Source: Nitrospirota bacterium (GTDB lineage: Bacteria > Nitrospirota > UBA9217). Taken from it: a stretch of 64,000 nt of DNA. The stretch spans positions 120,239-184,238 of the forward strand of contig DATJAP010000001.1 of assembly GCA_035516155.1 (NCBI GenBank), written 5' to 3'. This document shows positions 48,891 to 59,590 of the stretch, one piece after another. The notes beneath the pieces are model-generated. The model did no database searches and was not told the DNA's origin. It saw nothing but the letters and a program-made list of their open reading frames with translations. The position numbers were made by a program, and so were the translations under genes. Each line of letters begins with the position of its first letter. Within the stretch, counting starts at the first letter, position 1.

Positions 48891-49520
48891 ATGATAAATG
48901 CAAATGGCATTACCGTATATGAAAATCTGACAGAAATAGTCGACCCCCGGCATTCGTGCCTCGTTGTCTGGGATGTTCAAAATGGCCTTGTAGACCGAAT
49001 ATTCAATCAGGAAGAGTTCATAGGCAAGTTAAAACGTCTGGTGGAGATCTTAAGAAATAAAATGCCTGTTGCCTATACCCTGATAACTCCCGTTCCGAGG
49101 GAATTTCAGTCATCCTGGAGCATTTTCAACATGATGCGGCGCTTTAATGTCAAGCAGGTGGACAAACTTCCCAATTTCATGCCGCCAGGTTCACGAGAAA
49201 GAGAGATACCTGAAGCCGTAAAGCCCGCAAAAGGAGATCTCCTTCTGGATAAATCGACGGCAAGCATCTTTATAGGAACGTATTTCGAGAACATGATGCG
49301 GAACAGGAATATAACGACGCTAATATTCACAGGCATTGCAACCGAGGCTGGAATCGAGTCATCTTCGCGTGATGCATCAAACAGAGGATTCTACCCGGTG
49401 GTTGTTTCCGATTGTGTCTCTTCGATGGACAGGGATGCGCATGAGCGATCGTTGAAAAATCTCGAGAAAACAGCTATCGTAAAAAGCTCTGCAGAAATAG
49501 TCGATAGTATCGGACGTTAG
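48891..49520 (+). CDS. isochorismatase-family cysteine hydrolase
   Basis: Motifs CLVVWDVQNG, LIFTGIATEAGIESSSRDA and VVVSDCV (catalytic Cys region) are present. Confidence 0.85.
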   Translation: MINANGITVYENLTEIVDPRHSCLVVWDVQNGLVDRIFNQEEFIGKLKRLVEILRNKMPVAYTLITPVPREFQSSWSIFNMMRRFNVKQVDKLPNFMPPGSREREIPEAVKPAKGDLLLDKSTASIFIGTYFENMMRNRNITTLIFTGIATEAGIESSSRDASNRGFYPVVVSDCVSSMDRDAHERSLKNLEKTAIVKSSAEIVDSIGR

Positions 49521-49593
49521 GTAATCATAAAGCATTTTGTGCACCGGAGCATTGTTCCGTTCATCTGCGAGATGGGAATAGGAGGGCTCTTCC

Positions 49594-50259
49594 ATGGATA
49601 TCATTGATGCTTTAAACACGCGGTTTACGGTCCGAGCTTTTAAGCCTGACCCCATCGACCATAACACGCTCGAAAAGGTCATAGAAGCGGCGCTCAAGGC
49701 GCCTTCCTGGGCCAATACGCAGCCGTGGGAAATTTTCGTAGCTGGCGGCGAGGTCTTAAACAGACTGCGCGAGGCCTATGTCGTGAACCTTAAAAATTGC
49801 GTGGCGCGTAACCCCGATCTTACCGCACCGATGCAATGGCCGCCGGATCTAAAGAAACGGATGGATGACATGCGGGCCGAACGCATGATGACCCTTGAGC
49901 GGGTCTGTCTGGACAAGACTGTAATGAAGGACCTTTCTGAAGTGAATTATCATTTCTTTAATGCGCCGGTTGTCGCATATATTTGCATGGACCGCACACT
50001 TACTCCCTGGTCAATCTTCGACCTCGGCCTCTTTTCCCAAAGCATCATGCTGGCGGCGCGTCACTTCGGCCTCCATTCAGCCCCGGCGGTAACCCTTGTT
50101 GCCCATCCTGACCTCATCAGGAAGGAACTGAAAATCCCGACAGGTCTTTCGATCATCATCGGGATAGCGCTCGGGTATGCGGATGCCGAACATCCTCAAA
50201 ATCAGTTTCGAAGCACAAGGAGGTCCGTTCAGGAAGCAGTCACATTTAAGGATATTTAG
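49594..50259 (+). CDS. nitroreductase family protein
   Basis: Motifs RFTVRAF, KAPSWANTQPW and a C-terminal IALGYAD are present. Confidence 0.85.
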   Translation: MDIIDALNTRFTVRAFKPDPIDHNTLEKVIEAALKAPSWANTQPWEIFVAGGEVLNRLREAYVVNLKNCVARNPDLTAPMQWPPDLKKRMDDMRAERMMTLERVCLDKTVMKDLSEVNYHFFNAPVVAYICMDRTLTPWSIFDLGLFSQSIMLAARHFGLHSAPAVTLVAHPDLIRKELKIPTGLSIIIGIALGYADAEHPQNQFRSTRRSVQEAVTFKDI

Positions 50260-50467
50260 CGCATACGTGTATCGCTCCGGTAAATAAATAAAAGGAGACG
50301 GATGTCTCCTCTTGCCGGTAAAAAAGACATCGTCGAAGCCTGAGAAATAAAGTAACGGGTGAAGTGAATCTACTCTGTCGTTGGTGCTGCAGAAGTTTTT
50401 ACCGCTGCCTTGATCCATTGACAGTGCATTTTTTGGGGTATTTTCCATTAATTTGGAGGCTGAAAGT

Positions 50468-51535
50468 ATGTCAAAAGTCATGATCCATCCTGCCAGTTAT
50501 GAAAATGTCCACCAAGCCGTGGACCGGGCATTTGAACTTTTTCCTATCACGATAACTGGGAAAAAAATTCTGATTAAGCCCAACGTACTTCGAAGCTCGG
50601 AAGCAAAAGAAGGCATCGTCACCAGTCCTGCTGTTCTTCGCTCCGTCGTGGAAAAGGTGGAAACGATGGGTCCCGCCTCCATTATTGTGGGAGACAATCC
50701 AGGCCTGTTCAGTTACGGTGCAAACGAGGAAAGCTTTACCAGGACTGGCCTGACGGAGGCAGCCAAAGGCTACTATCAGAACATCGGCAATGATTCTCAG
50801 AAAGTCGCCTTCAATCCCAAATACCTGTCTACCGTCAGCATCTCCCGGGCTGTGCTGGAAGCTGATGTTATCATTAGTCTGCCGAAATTCAAAACGCACG
50901 GCCTGACCGTTGTGACCGGAGCTATCAAAAACAGCTACGGTTTACTGCCTGGCGCGCAGAAAGCCATGCTGCACAAGGCTGCCGGCAATCCGACGGATTT
51001 TAATGAAGTGGTGGTCGAGGTATTTCGGCTCCGAGTACCGGATTTGTTCATCGTCGACGCCGTAGTCGGCATGGAAGGCAATGGTCCGGCTTCCCCAGAC
51101 CTCAGGAATATCGGCGTAATCCTTGCTTCTGACAATGCCGTTGCCGTTGACTCCGTCATTGCGACTATGATGGGATGCGATCCGGGGAGGCTGCGTTTCC
51201 TTCAGAAGGCGAAAGAGGCGGGCTTGGGCGACTACGACCTCGGTACAATTGAAATCATCGGGGAATTGAAACGCTTGCCCGATTTCAAACTACCCCCTCT
51301 AGGTGGCGAAGCAATATTCCACAATGAGGCCATGCAGTCTCTGATCCATAAGCGGGCAACACTTCGTCCTCAGGCAGATCCCGAGAAGTGCACGAGTTGC
51401 AATACTTGCGTTGATCATTGTCCAGTATCTGCCTTATCCATGGTTGGGAATATTCCTCAGGTGAATGCCAGCATTTGCATTGCGTGCTTTTGCTGCCAGG
51501 AAATGTGTCCTGAGAAAGCCATTACGCTGCGATGA
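50468..51535 (+). CDS. DUF362 domain protein with a C-terminal 2x[4Fe-4S] ferredoxin domain
   Basis: GGAGG SD before the ATG at 50468. DUF362-like core (ILIKPNVL..., LPKFKTHGLT, VDAVVGMEGNGP). Cys clusters CTSCNTCVDHCP and CIACFCCQEMCP. Confidence 0.8.
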   Translation: MSKVMIHPASYENVHQAVDRAFELFPITITGKKILIKPNVLRSSEAKEGIVTSPAVLRSVVEKVETMGPASIIVGDNPGLFSYGANEESFTRTGLTEAAKGYYQNIGNDSQKVAFNPKYLSTVSISRAVLEADVIISLPKFKTHGLTVVTGAIKNSYGLLPGAQKAMLHKAAGNPTDFNEVVVEVFRLRVPDLFIVDAVVGMEGNGPASPDLRNIGVILASDNAVAVDSVIATMMGCDPGRLRFLQKAKEAGLGDYDLGTIEIIGELKRLPDFKLPPLGGEAIFHNEAMQSLIHKRATLRPQADPEKCTSCNTCVDHCPVSALSMVGNIPQVNASICIACFCCQEMCPEKAITLR

Positions 51536-51599
51536 ACACGAGATATATTCGGTCGAGGGGGAACCTGGCCTGAGCCACCCCGTTCCCACAGGAGGGTCA

Positions 51600-52595
51600 A
51601 TGAATTACGTCAATCTTGGCAAGACCGGACTCAAAGTTTCCCGCATTTGTCTCGGCTGCATGAGCTATGGAGTGCCGGCTACCGGTGAATTTAAACCTGG
51701 CAGCCATGCCTGGACTCTGAACGAAGAAGAGAGCAAGCCCTTCTTTCGTCAGGCGCTTAATCTCGGGATCAACTTCTTTGACACAGCGAATGTCTACTCA
51801 GGCGGAGCCAGCGAAGAGGTACTTGGACGGTTTCTGAAAGCCAACATCCGTCGCGAAGCCGTCGTCATCGCCACCAAGGTCAACGGCGTCATGCGCGACG
51901 AACCCAACGGCCGGGGTCTTTCGCGCAAAGCAATCTTTTACGAACTCGACCAGAGTCTCCGCCGTCTGCAGACCGACTACGTGGACCTCTACCAGATTCA
52001 CCGCTGGGATTCTGAAACGCCAATCGAAGAAACGCTCGAGGCTCTGCACGAGGTAGTGAAATCTGGCAAGGTGCGTTATATAGGCGCCTCGTCTATGCAC
52101 GCATGGCAGTTCACTAAAGCTCTCTATCTCGCCGACCGTCACGGCTGGACCCGTTTCGTTTCCATGCAGAATCATTACAACCTGCTTTATCGCGAAGAGG
52201 AGCGCGAAATGATTCCCCTTTGTCAGTCCGAGGCTATTGGCGTCATTCCCTGGAGCCCTCTCGCACGCGGCCGCCTGGCTCGTCCATGGCAAAGCGAACA
52301 CACCAAACGCTACGAAACGGACCAGTTCGGGAAGAGCATGTACTCGCGTACCGAAGAAGTTGACCGTAAAGTTGTGGATCGCCTGGGTCAGGTCGCAGAA
52401 CAACGTGGCGTCCCCCGCGCGCAGCTTGCTCTCGCCTGGCTGCTCAGCAAGCCGGTTACCTCTCCCATTGTTGGCGCAACCAAGCTGCATCATCTTCAGG
52501 ACGCCGTAGCGGCGCTCGCATTGCGTTTAACGCCTGAGGAAATTGCTTCTCTTGAGGAGCCGTATACGCCGCATCCAGTGCTCGGCTTCAGTTGA
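51600..52595 (+). CDS. aldo/keto reductase
   Basis: Starts at MNYVNLGKTGLKVSRICLGCMSYG. Motifs DTANVYS, DLYQIHRWD and GASS are present. Confidence 0.9.
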   Translation: MNYVNLGKTGLKVSRICLGCMSYGVPATGEFKPGSHAWTLNEEESKPFFRQALNLGINFFDTANVYSGGASEEVLGRFLKANIRREAVVIATKVNGVMRDEPNGRGLSRKAIFYELDQSLRRLQTDYVDLYQIHRWDSETPIEETLEALHEVVKSGKVRYIGASSMHAWQFTKALYLADRHGWTRFVSMQNHYNLLYREEEREMIPLCQSEAIGVIPWSPLARGRLARPWQSEHTKRYETDQFGKSMYSRTEEVDRKVVDRLGQVAEQRGVPRAQLALAWLLSKPVTSPIVGATKLHHLQDAVAALALRLTPEEIASLEEPYTPHPVLGFS

Positions 52596-52930
52596 GTCTA
52601 CGTCCGAATGTGCCGGACCGGAATGCGAAACAGATTATTTCGTGAATCACCTCTGCGAACGGCAGCGGGAGCGTGGACCGTGGCTACCTGCCACTTGGCC
52701 AACTTCACCTCGGAGAGACGTCCTGGTCATGCTTGTCGCTGACGCCGTCCAAAACATTGCACATCCCGGCCATCCACGTCTCTTTCGGATTGATAAGAAC
52801 CAGGTGGTCATTTTCATGAAAATGATCTATAATTTTTTATGGGAGAAGAAAATCACATTATTGCCATTTTGGTCAATGCATGTCGTTGTTCATGAATGAA
52901 CTTTGATCATCTAAAGAACACAGGATTTTT

Positions 52931-53707
52931 ATGGCAAGGATATTCATTACAGGCTCTTCCGATGGACTAGGTCTCATGGCTGCGCGATTACTGGTTGCAA
53001 ATGGCCATCAGGTCGTATTACATGCCCGTAATCAAAGTCGGGCTCAAGAAGCATTATCCAGTGTTCCCGGAGCGGAAAGCGCCATATTCGGTGATCTTGC
53101 CAGCATCGCCGAAACGAAGCACGTTGCAGATCAGGTAAATGAGCTAGGCTTATTTGATGCCGTTATCCATAATGCAGGTATAGGCTATCGTGAATCACAT
53201 CGTATTCAGACTATTGATGGCTTACCGCAGGTCTTTGCCGTAAATTCATTAGCCCCCTACCTTCTGACATGCCTGATTAAAAAACCAAAGCGCCTGGTAT
53301 ATGTTAGTTCAGGTATGCATCGAAGTGGCGACCCCACCTTGAACGATTTGACGTGGAACACCCGGTCATGGGATGGATCTCGCGCCTACGCTGATTCTAA
53401 ATTACACAATGTCATCCTTGCCTTTGCTGTTGCCCGCAAATGGCCAGGCGTCTTATCCAATGCACTGGAGCCTGGTTGGGTGGCAACTAAGATGGGTGGA
53501 CCGGGAGCACCCGATAGTGTGGAGGAGGCGCCTAAAACACAGATTTGGCTGGCGACTAGCCAAGAAAAGGAAGCTTTGGTCTCAGGAAAATATTTTTATC
53601 ATCAACAACTTCAGCATTTTCACCCGGCAGCCGCGGATGCCGCCACTCAGGAAAGATACCTTTCAGAATGTGCTCGTCTGTCCGGAGTCCCATTCCCCCT
53701 CGAATAA
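52931..53707 (+). CDS. SDR-family oxidoreductase
   Basis: ITGSSDGLG cofactor motif, NAG, and YADSK. Confidence 0.85.
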   Translation: MARIFITGSSDGLGLMAARLLVANGHQVVLHARNQSRAQEALSSVPGAESAIFGDLASIAETKHVADQVNELGLFDAVIHNAGIGYRESHRIQTIDGLPQVFAVNSLAPYLLTCLIKKPKRLVYVSSGMHRSGDPTLNDLTWNTRSWDGSRAYADSKLHNVILAFAVARKWPGVLSNALEPGWVATKMGGPGAPDSVEEAPKTQIWLATSQEKEALVSGKYFYHQQLQHFHPAAADAATQERYLSECARLSGVPFPLE

Positions 53708-53769
53708 ACAATGATGATGGCCATCATCGCAAAATAACTCAACCGGGAAAGAAAGGGAGCAATAAAAAA

Positions 53770-54765
53770 ATGAAATATCGGATGCTTGGCAAAACGAACG
53801 CACGAGTATCTCAATTAGGCTTGGGCTGTATGGGGATGTCGGATTTTTACAGCGGACGAAAAGTGGACGATGCCGAAAGCATCTCAACAATAAGACGTGC
53901 GATTGAGCTCGGCGTCAATCTCCTTGACACCGGCGATTTTTACGGAGTAGGACACAACGAGGAACTTATCCGCGAAGCAATCGCGGGAATTCCGCGCGAT
54001 AAGGTTTTTATTTCGGTCAAGTTTGGTGCATTGCGCAATCATGATGGCAATTTTATCGGCTTTGATAGTCGGCCCACTTCCATTCGCAATTATTTATCCT
54101 ACAGCCTGCAGCGATTGCGCGTTGATTACATTGACCTGTATTACCCGTCACGTGTTGACCCGAACGTCCCGATTGAGGACACAGTCGGAACACTTGGACA
54201 ACTTGTAAAAGAAGGCAAGATTCGTTATGCCGGGATTTCTGAGACGAGTTCGGCAACGCTTCGACGTGCTGCCGCTACCCAACCGATAGCGATGTTGCAA
54301 ACAGAATACAGCCTCTGGACTCGAGAGCCGGAAGCCGATGTTTTGCCGACGTGCCGCGAACTCGGCATTTCACTGGTCGCTTACGCTCCGCTTGGCCGCG
54401 GCTTTTTAACAGGAGCCTTTCAAAAACCCGCAGACGTGGCAGCGGATGATTATCGTCGCCATATGCCTAGATTCCAAGGCAAGAATTTCGAACATAATCT
54501 GCAAATCGTTGAAAAAATCAAAGTCATTGCAAAAGAGAAAAAATGTACGCCGGCTCAGCTTGCCCTTGCCTGGCTTTTGGCGCAAGGAGAAGATATCATA
54601 CCGATTCCGGGAACAAAGCACCGGGAACGGCTTGAAGAGAATCTGCGGGCTCTTGAGATCGAGTTGAGCAAGGACGATTTGCGCCGCATTGCTGAAGCTG
54701 CGCCGCAGGGTTTCGTAGCGGGGACTCGCTATCCTGAAGCGGCCATGCGTACCGTTAGCCGTTAG
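53770..54765 (+). CDS. aldo/keto reductase
   Basis: Starts at [24 protein letters not shown]. Motifs [16 protein letters not shown] and [13 protein letters not shown] are present. Confidence 0.9.
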   Translation: MKYRMLGKTNARVSQLGLGCMGMSDFYSGRKVDDAESISTIRRAIELGVNLLDTGDFYGVGHNEELIREAIAGIPRDKVFISVKFGALRNHDGNFIGFDSRPTSIRNYLSYSLQRLRVDYIDLYYPSRVDPNVPIEDTVGTLGQLVKEGKIRYAGISETSSATLRRAAATQPIAMLQTEYSLWTREPEADVLPTCRELGISLVAYAPLGRGFLTGAFQKPADVAADDYRRHMPRFQGKNFEHNLQIVEKIKVIAKEKKCTPAQLALAWLLAQGEDIIPIPGTKHRERLEENLRALEIELSKDDLRRIAEAAPQGFVAGTRYPEAAMRTVSR

Positions 54766-55106
54766 GCTGAGCGAAAAGTGAATTCTAATCGAGCAGTAGC
54801 GTTCATCGTAAAGGACATTGGCAATGAAGGCGCTGATAACCCAACGGATTGAGAGGGACGCTAAACTGCATGCCACTCACCCGCGCGTTCATGTGATTAT
54901 CAATTTTCAACCGCAATTCCGCATCTTTTTTTGTCTGACACGGACATCTATTGCGAGTCCTGCTATCCTTCGAAGAAAAGCGGCACAGACCGAAAGAACA
55001 ACCGCACATGACACAAACACCAGCCATGTTCACTCGTGCCGCCTGAATCTGGGAAGTTTCCATTGACGAAATTAGGATCATTTGAAACTGAATGCAGGCA
55101 TCAGCG

Positions 55107-56216
55107 TTACGCAGGCCGGTGCGCATTCAGAAACCATCGATCAAGCAATACATGCCGCGAGAACCATCTGCTTTTCATGAGCGTGTGGCTCATGAAATGT
55201 CTCACCACCTGAGGCAATATCAATATCCCGGGACTCGTGCCGCCTTTGCCGAAGCGGTCAGCCAGCAGCATGGGATATTGTAGAAGACGGCCGCGCCGAT
55301 AGTCGCCAGCAGCGGAAAGGATGACATCTGCCGCTGTCAAGGCGGACTCTACTGCCGGCCGGATCCCCTCTCCGCTTTTGGGATATGCCAGTCCGGCCGC
55401 ATCCCCGATCAGCATCACACCGTCATCAACCAGGGTTGGAGATGCACCATGATACAGCATGTAGGCATGCCCCCTGAAGTTGCTCGGGGTATTCGCCGGG
55501 ATAGTCTTCTTGTCCCTCAGATAACCGAAGAATGACCGAACCTGCTCCGCGACGTTCATGTTGCCTTCACGGCCAAGCCCGATATTGAGGAAATTCCCTT
55601 TTCGTACACACCATCCATACCCCTTCAGGTCATCGCAAAAATAAAGCTCGGGAATCTCTCCCGCCACCCGGCAATGGCGTTGCTGAGACTCATCCATCTC
55701 AAATTCCACTTCCTGGGCGATCACCGCTGACCCGTTTCGCTCCCCCTTCCCCCTGAGGAATCTCGAAACGGGGCAGAAATGACCTCCCGCGCCGATCACC
55801 AAAGGTGTCTTCACGTCGTCATTGATGATCCAGACGCTTTTTTTCCGCTCCATGGTCTTGAGGGGCTCTCCGAGCCGCAGACGCGCGTCGGCGCGCTGAA
55901 GGAGATAATGATCAAATTCACAACGGCGTATGCCGTAGCTGACCGTGCGTCCATACCGTGTGAGAACCTCGGTCGTCCCGATCATGCTGGTTTTAAATCC
56001 GCTGATGCGCTGCAGCACCCGTTCACGGGAATACTCGTCCGTGTTCAGTTGCAGGAGGCCAGTAGTTGCAGGCGTGATCCAGCCTGCACACACCTTGTCC
56101 CGCGGGAATGCGCTCTTATCGAGAATCAACACGTCCAGGCCTCGGTTTCTCAGCTTCCAGGCAAGCGTGGAGCCCGCGGGGCCGCCACCGATGATGAGAA
56201 CGTCGCACGAGTCCAT
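55107..56216 (-). CDS. FAD-dependent oxidoreductase, geranylgeranyl-reductase-like
   Basis: AAGGAG SD before the ATG at 56216. The N-terminus is DVLIIGGGPAGSTLAWKL...DKVCAGWI and the protein contains GDAAGLAYP. Confidence 0.85.
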   Translation of the reverse strand: MDSCDVLIIGGGPAGSTLAWKLRNRGLDVLILDKSAFPRDKVCAGWITPATTGLLQLNTDEYSRERVLQRISGFKTSMIGTTEVLTRYGRTVSYGIRRCEFDHYLLQRADARLRLGEPLKTMERKKSVWIINDDVKTPLVIGAGGHFCPVSRFLRGKGERNGSAVIAQEVEFEMDESQQRHCRVAGEIPELYFCDDLKGYGWCVRKGNFLNIGLGREGNMNVAEQVRSFFGYLRDKKTIPANTPSNFRGHAYMLYHGASPTLVDDGVMLIGDAAGLAYPKSGEGIRPAVESALTAADVILSAAGDYRRGRLLQYPMLLADRFGKGGTSPGILILPQVVRHFMSHTLMKSRWFSRHVLLDRWFLNAHRPA

Positions 56217-56226
56217 GTGCTCTCCT

Positions 56227-57480
56227 TCAGCGGCCGATCTCGGCATATAAATGGGCCCTTGTCCAGGGGAGATCGTTCTTGTTCGGATGCGCGAAAACGA
56301 CCTGGAAGAGCTGAAGGTCTCCGGCGCTAAAGGCCGCAATGGAACCGGCGAGATAGAGCCTCCACGACCGAATGAACTTCTGATCAAACATGGTGCCTAT
56401 CTGGTCCTTCGCCAGCTCAAATCTCTCCAGCCAGTGTTCCAGTGTTTTCGCATAATGCAGCCGGAGGTTTTCTACATCGAGGATGGAAAACCCAGAAGGC
56501 TCGAATATCTCCATCATTTCCCGCAGGCTCGGGGGATAGGCGCCGGGAAATATGCGCCGTTCTATCCATGGATTCATAGGTTCCGCCCTGTTTCGTCCTA
56601 TGGAGTGTATGAGTCCTATTCCGTCTTCCTTCAAAGAGCGTCTAATGACCCTGCCTAGCTCCCGGTAATACTGAGCACCCACGTGTTCCAGCATCCCGAT
56701 CGACACAAAGACGTCGAATCTGTCCGATATGTTCCGGTAATCGTCCTCGATATATTCCACCCGGCTGTCCAGCCCTTCCTCCTTCGCCCGTTCGCGTGCC
56801 CAGACGATCTGCTGATGAGAAATATTATAAGCCTTAACCTTGACGCCGTAATGCCTGGCCATGTGCAATGCCAGGGTTCCCCAACCGCACCCTGCTTCCA
56901 CAACCGTCTCGCCGGGCTTGAGCATCAGTTTTTTGCATACGTGATCCATCTTGGCAATCTGGGCCTCCTCCAAGGTAGCGGAGGGCGCCGGAAAATAGGC
57001 GCACGTATACTGCATTTTTTTATCAAGCCAGAGCCTGTAAAAATCGTTGCCGATATCATAATGATCGTGAATGTTATCCTTCGATCCGCTCAGGGTGTTC
57101 AATCGAGGTCGGCTGATGATTTTTGTTCTATAGGCGTTGACCAAACCTCTTTTAGGTGACTTCGAAATACACCTGAATGCGGATTCCAAGACCTTGATCA
57201 GGTTCCCTTCTACCTCGACTTTCCCCTCGCTGTAAGCGTCTCCGAAGTGAAGTTCAGGATGGACGACAAATTGCAGCAGTGTTTTTCGGTCACGGATAAT
57301 GACCCTCCCCACTGATTTTCCCTCTGCCGGACAGACCGTGCTCCCGTTCCCGATAACCATTGTGATGGGAGGATTTCCTAAGTGCGCCATCTGCCTGCGG
57401 ACCAGCCGCTTCTCAATTTCCAATAGTCTGTTTAACCCGAAGATGCTGCCAAGGTGTTTGGCTTTCACTGATTCTTCCAT
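56227..57480 (-). CDS. cyclopropane-fatty-acyl-phospholipid synthase family SAM methyltransferase
   Basis: GGGAGAGGAAA precedes the ATG at 57480. Motifs HYDIGNDFYRLWLD, VEAGCGWG and the C-terminal region are typical of Cfa/mycolic acid methyltransferases. Confidence 0.9.
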   Translation of the reverse strand: MEESVKAKHLGSIFGLNRLLEIEKRLVRRQMAHLGNPPITMVIGNGSTVCPAEGKSVGRVIIRDRKTLLQFVVHPELHFGDAYSEGKVEVEGNLIKVLESAFRCISKSPKRGLVNAYRTKIISRPRLNTLSGSKDNIHDHYDIGNDFYRLWLDKKMQYTCAYFPAPSATLEEAQIAKMDHVCKKLMLKPGETVVEAGCGWGTLALHMARHYGVKVKAYNISHQQIVWARERAKEEGLDSRVEYIEDDYRNISDRFDVFVSIGMLEHVGAQYYRELGRVIRRSLKEDGIGLIHSIGRNRAEPMNPWIERRIFPGAYPPSLREMMEIFEPSGFSILDVENLRLHYAKTLEHWLERFELAKDQIGTMFDQKFIRSWRLYLAGSIAAFSAGDLQLFQVVFAHPNKNDLPWTRAHLYAEIGR

Positions 57481-58381
57481 TTTCCTCTCCCTTCTGTGCG
57501 AGTCCAGAAGTTCCACAAAAACATGATTGGTACATTTTGGGGAGTACCTCACGTTATATTGAAAATATAGTTATGTATTTTAGACTTGTCAACCCTGCTT
57601 ACCCATATAAATGCAGCATTCTCAAAATGGACCCGCCTTTTCCAGGCCCCGAAGGGATGCGGAAACAAAAGCCTCTTCCCTGTTTTCTCAGGGAAAGACC
57701 CAAGAGCAGGCCTCAAGCAGATGGGTTCATAATGGTGCTTGATTTTGTGGGGCCAGAGCGAGCAAAAAATGATCCTGCTCTCCAAGTCCTTCTTCAAAGG
57801 CCAGCAATACCCACTATCCAAACTGGCGCCAACTTCCTGATTGGGAATGAGAGATGATTCCGCTATTCTACTGGCATTCGTCAGCATTTCTATTCAACGA
57901 AACGAGCATGATGGTTCACGGTAACGAGACAAACAAAATTTTTGACGAAGTGTAGAATCTCTGCTGTAGAACGCGGTGCGGGATTCATCCTGTAACTGTT
58001 GATATCGCCATTCTTTGAGACTCATAAATCATCAACCTCATGGACGGCATCTTTCCAAAATCCCCCCGCGCAAGAGCCTAACGCGCATTTGACTTTGAAT
58101 ACTCCGTACGATATATTTTTATTATATCGTTGTCTCGGTGGATAATAATTCTAGATCAAGTATATGATTATCAAGTTTGATGGGTATTCTACATCTCCGA
58201 TTCATCAAATGCCGCCGCACAATCATAAGTGTACATCAGACGCAAGGATCAATGACGAAGAGAAGACCGCGGTACGAAGTATACAGTCACTGGTCCTTCC
58301 TGAAGTCATTGACCGCTTCATCTTTTTGAAATTGCAGAATGCGCCTCGAATTTTTACCGGTACGTTGCCGCATGGCTATCC

Positions 58382-58411
58382 TTGACACCCTTGGTGCGGA
58401 GTTTGTATAAT
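58382..58411 (+). promoter_or_regulatory. sigma70-type promoter candidate (TTGACA-18 nt-TATAAT)
   Basis: Both hexamers are consensus and lie about 170 nt upstream of the ATG at 58584. Confidence 0.4.
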
Positions 58412-58583
58412 GCCTCCGTACATACATTCCCAGCAGCAGCTGACTCCCGCACTCGGCATCCAGCGGGATATCTTCACGAGAATACGTCCGCCTATTCGCA
58501 GAGAATGTAGTGTCCATCAAACGGGGAGATAGAACCCCTCGCAGTCCCTTAAGGCATATTCTTGGTAAAATGGCCATGACACC

Positions 58584-59141
58584 ATGCTAATAATATTCAG
58601 ACTTGCTGTTTTTATTATTGTGTCTGTTGCGATTTATCTTGTATCACGCAAATCCTTGCGCAGCTTTCGCTTCCATGGTTTTTACCGCTTTTTCGCATGG
58701 GAAGCTGTTTTAGCGCTCGTGTTGCTGAATCTGGACTTTCGGACCTATCAGCAGACCAGTCTGCATTACATCATTGCGCTCGTGTGCTTGACCCTCTCCG
58801 CACTCCTGGCGATTCATGGATTTCAGCTACTGCGCAGGGAAGGCATGCTCGATTCCCGGCGCAGCGACCCGACGTTGCTCTGGGTCGAGCAAACGACCGT
58901 CCTTGTCACGGTGGGAGCATACAAATACGTTCGACATCCTCTGTATTGTTCTTTCCTTATGCTGATCTGGGGTTCTTTTCTATTGGTTCCATCGTGGCAA
59001 GGCGGTTTGCTGGCACTCTTTTCATCGCTGAACATTATCTTGGCCGCCCGGGTAGAGGAACAAGAGAACCTGCTATATTTCGGCACCGCATACAGTGACT
59101 ATATGAATCGAACGAAGATGTTCATTCCTTTCGTGATATGA
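58584..59141 (+). CDS. isoprenylcysteine carboxyl methyltransferase (ICMT/PEMT-like) family membrane protein
   Basis: Several TM helices. The C-terminal motif is YKYVRHPLY...EEQENLLYFGTAYSDYMNRT. Confidence 0.8.
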   Translation: MLIIFRLAVFIIVSVAIYLVSRKSLRSFRFHGFYRFFAWEAVLALVLLNLDFRTYQQTSLHYIIALVCLTLSALLAIHGFQLLRREGMLDSRRSDPTLLWVEQTTVLVTVGAYKYVRHPLYCSFLMLIWGSFLLVPSWQGGLLALFSSLNIILAARVEEQENLLYFGTAYSDYMNRTKMFIPFVI

Positions 59142-59590
59142 AGTGTTTGTTAGCGACAAGACCCGGCTTGAGGCAGATGCCGCACCGTACAACTTATCCG
59201 CTAAACGTTGATGCAGGTTTCAAGTATTCTGCAGCCTTTTCCATGAAGCGTTAGTACATGCAAGGAGGTGCGCCTCGCAGAGATCCTAATTCTGATTGAG
59301 GTGAAGATCTGTTGTAACGTGCAGTGCGTCCTACCTTCCTGAAGTTTTTGAAGTTCGATTCTTTGCAATATTCAATGTTGCATCCAGTAATTAGTAATCC
59401 CCTCGGCTACCAGTCTTCTAACATTTCTCTAATATACTTCCAAAGCCCGGATTTGCCATTCATAGCAATCATACCTAAATGAAATGATATACTTATACTA
59501 TAATGCTGTTTAGATATTAATGCCAGGTTGAACGCAAACGCGATGAAAGTTAAAGATATTCCGTGTCCATGCTACAAGAGATACAACACC

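Noticed and set aside
51798-52493. 231-aa minus-strand ORF
   Set aside because: It is antisense to the aldo/keto reductase gene and has no motifs or SD.
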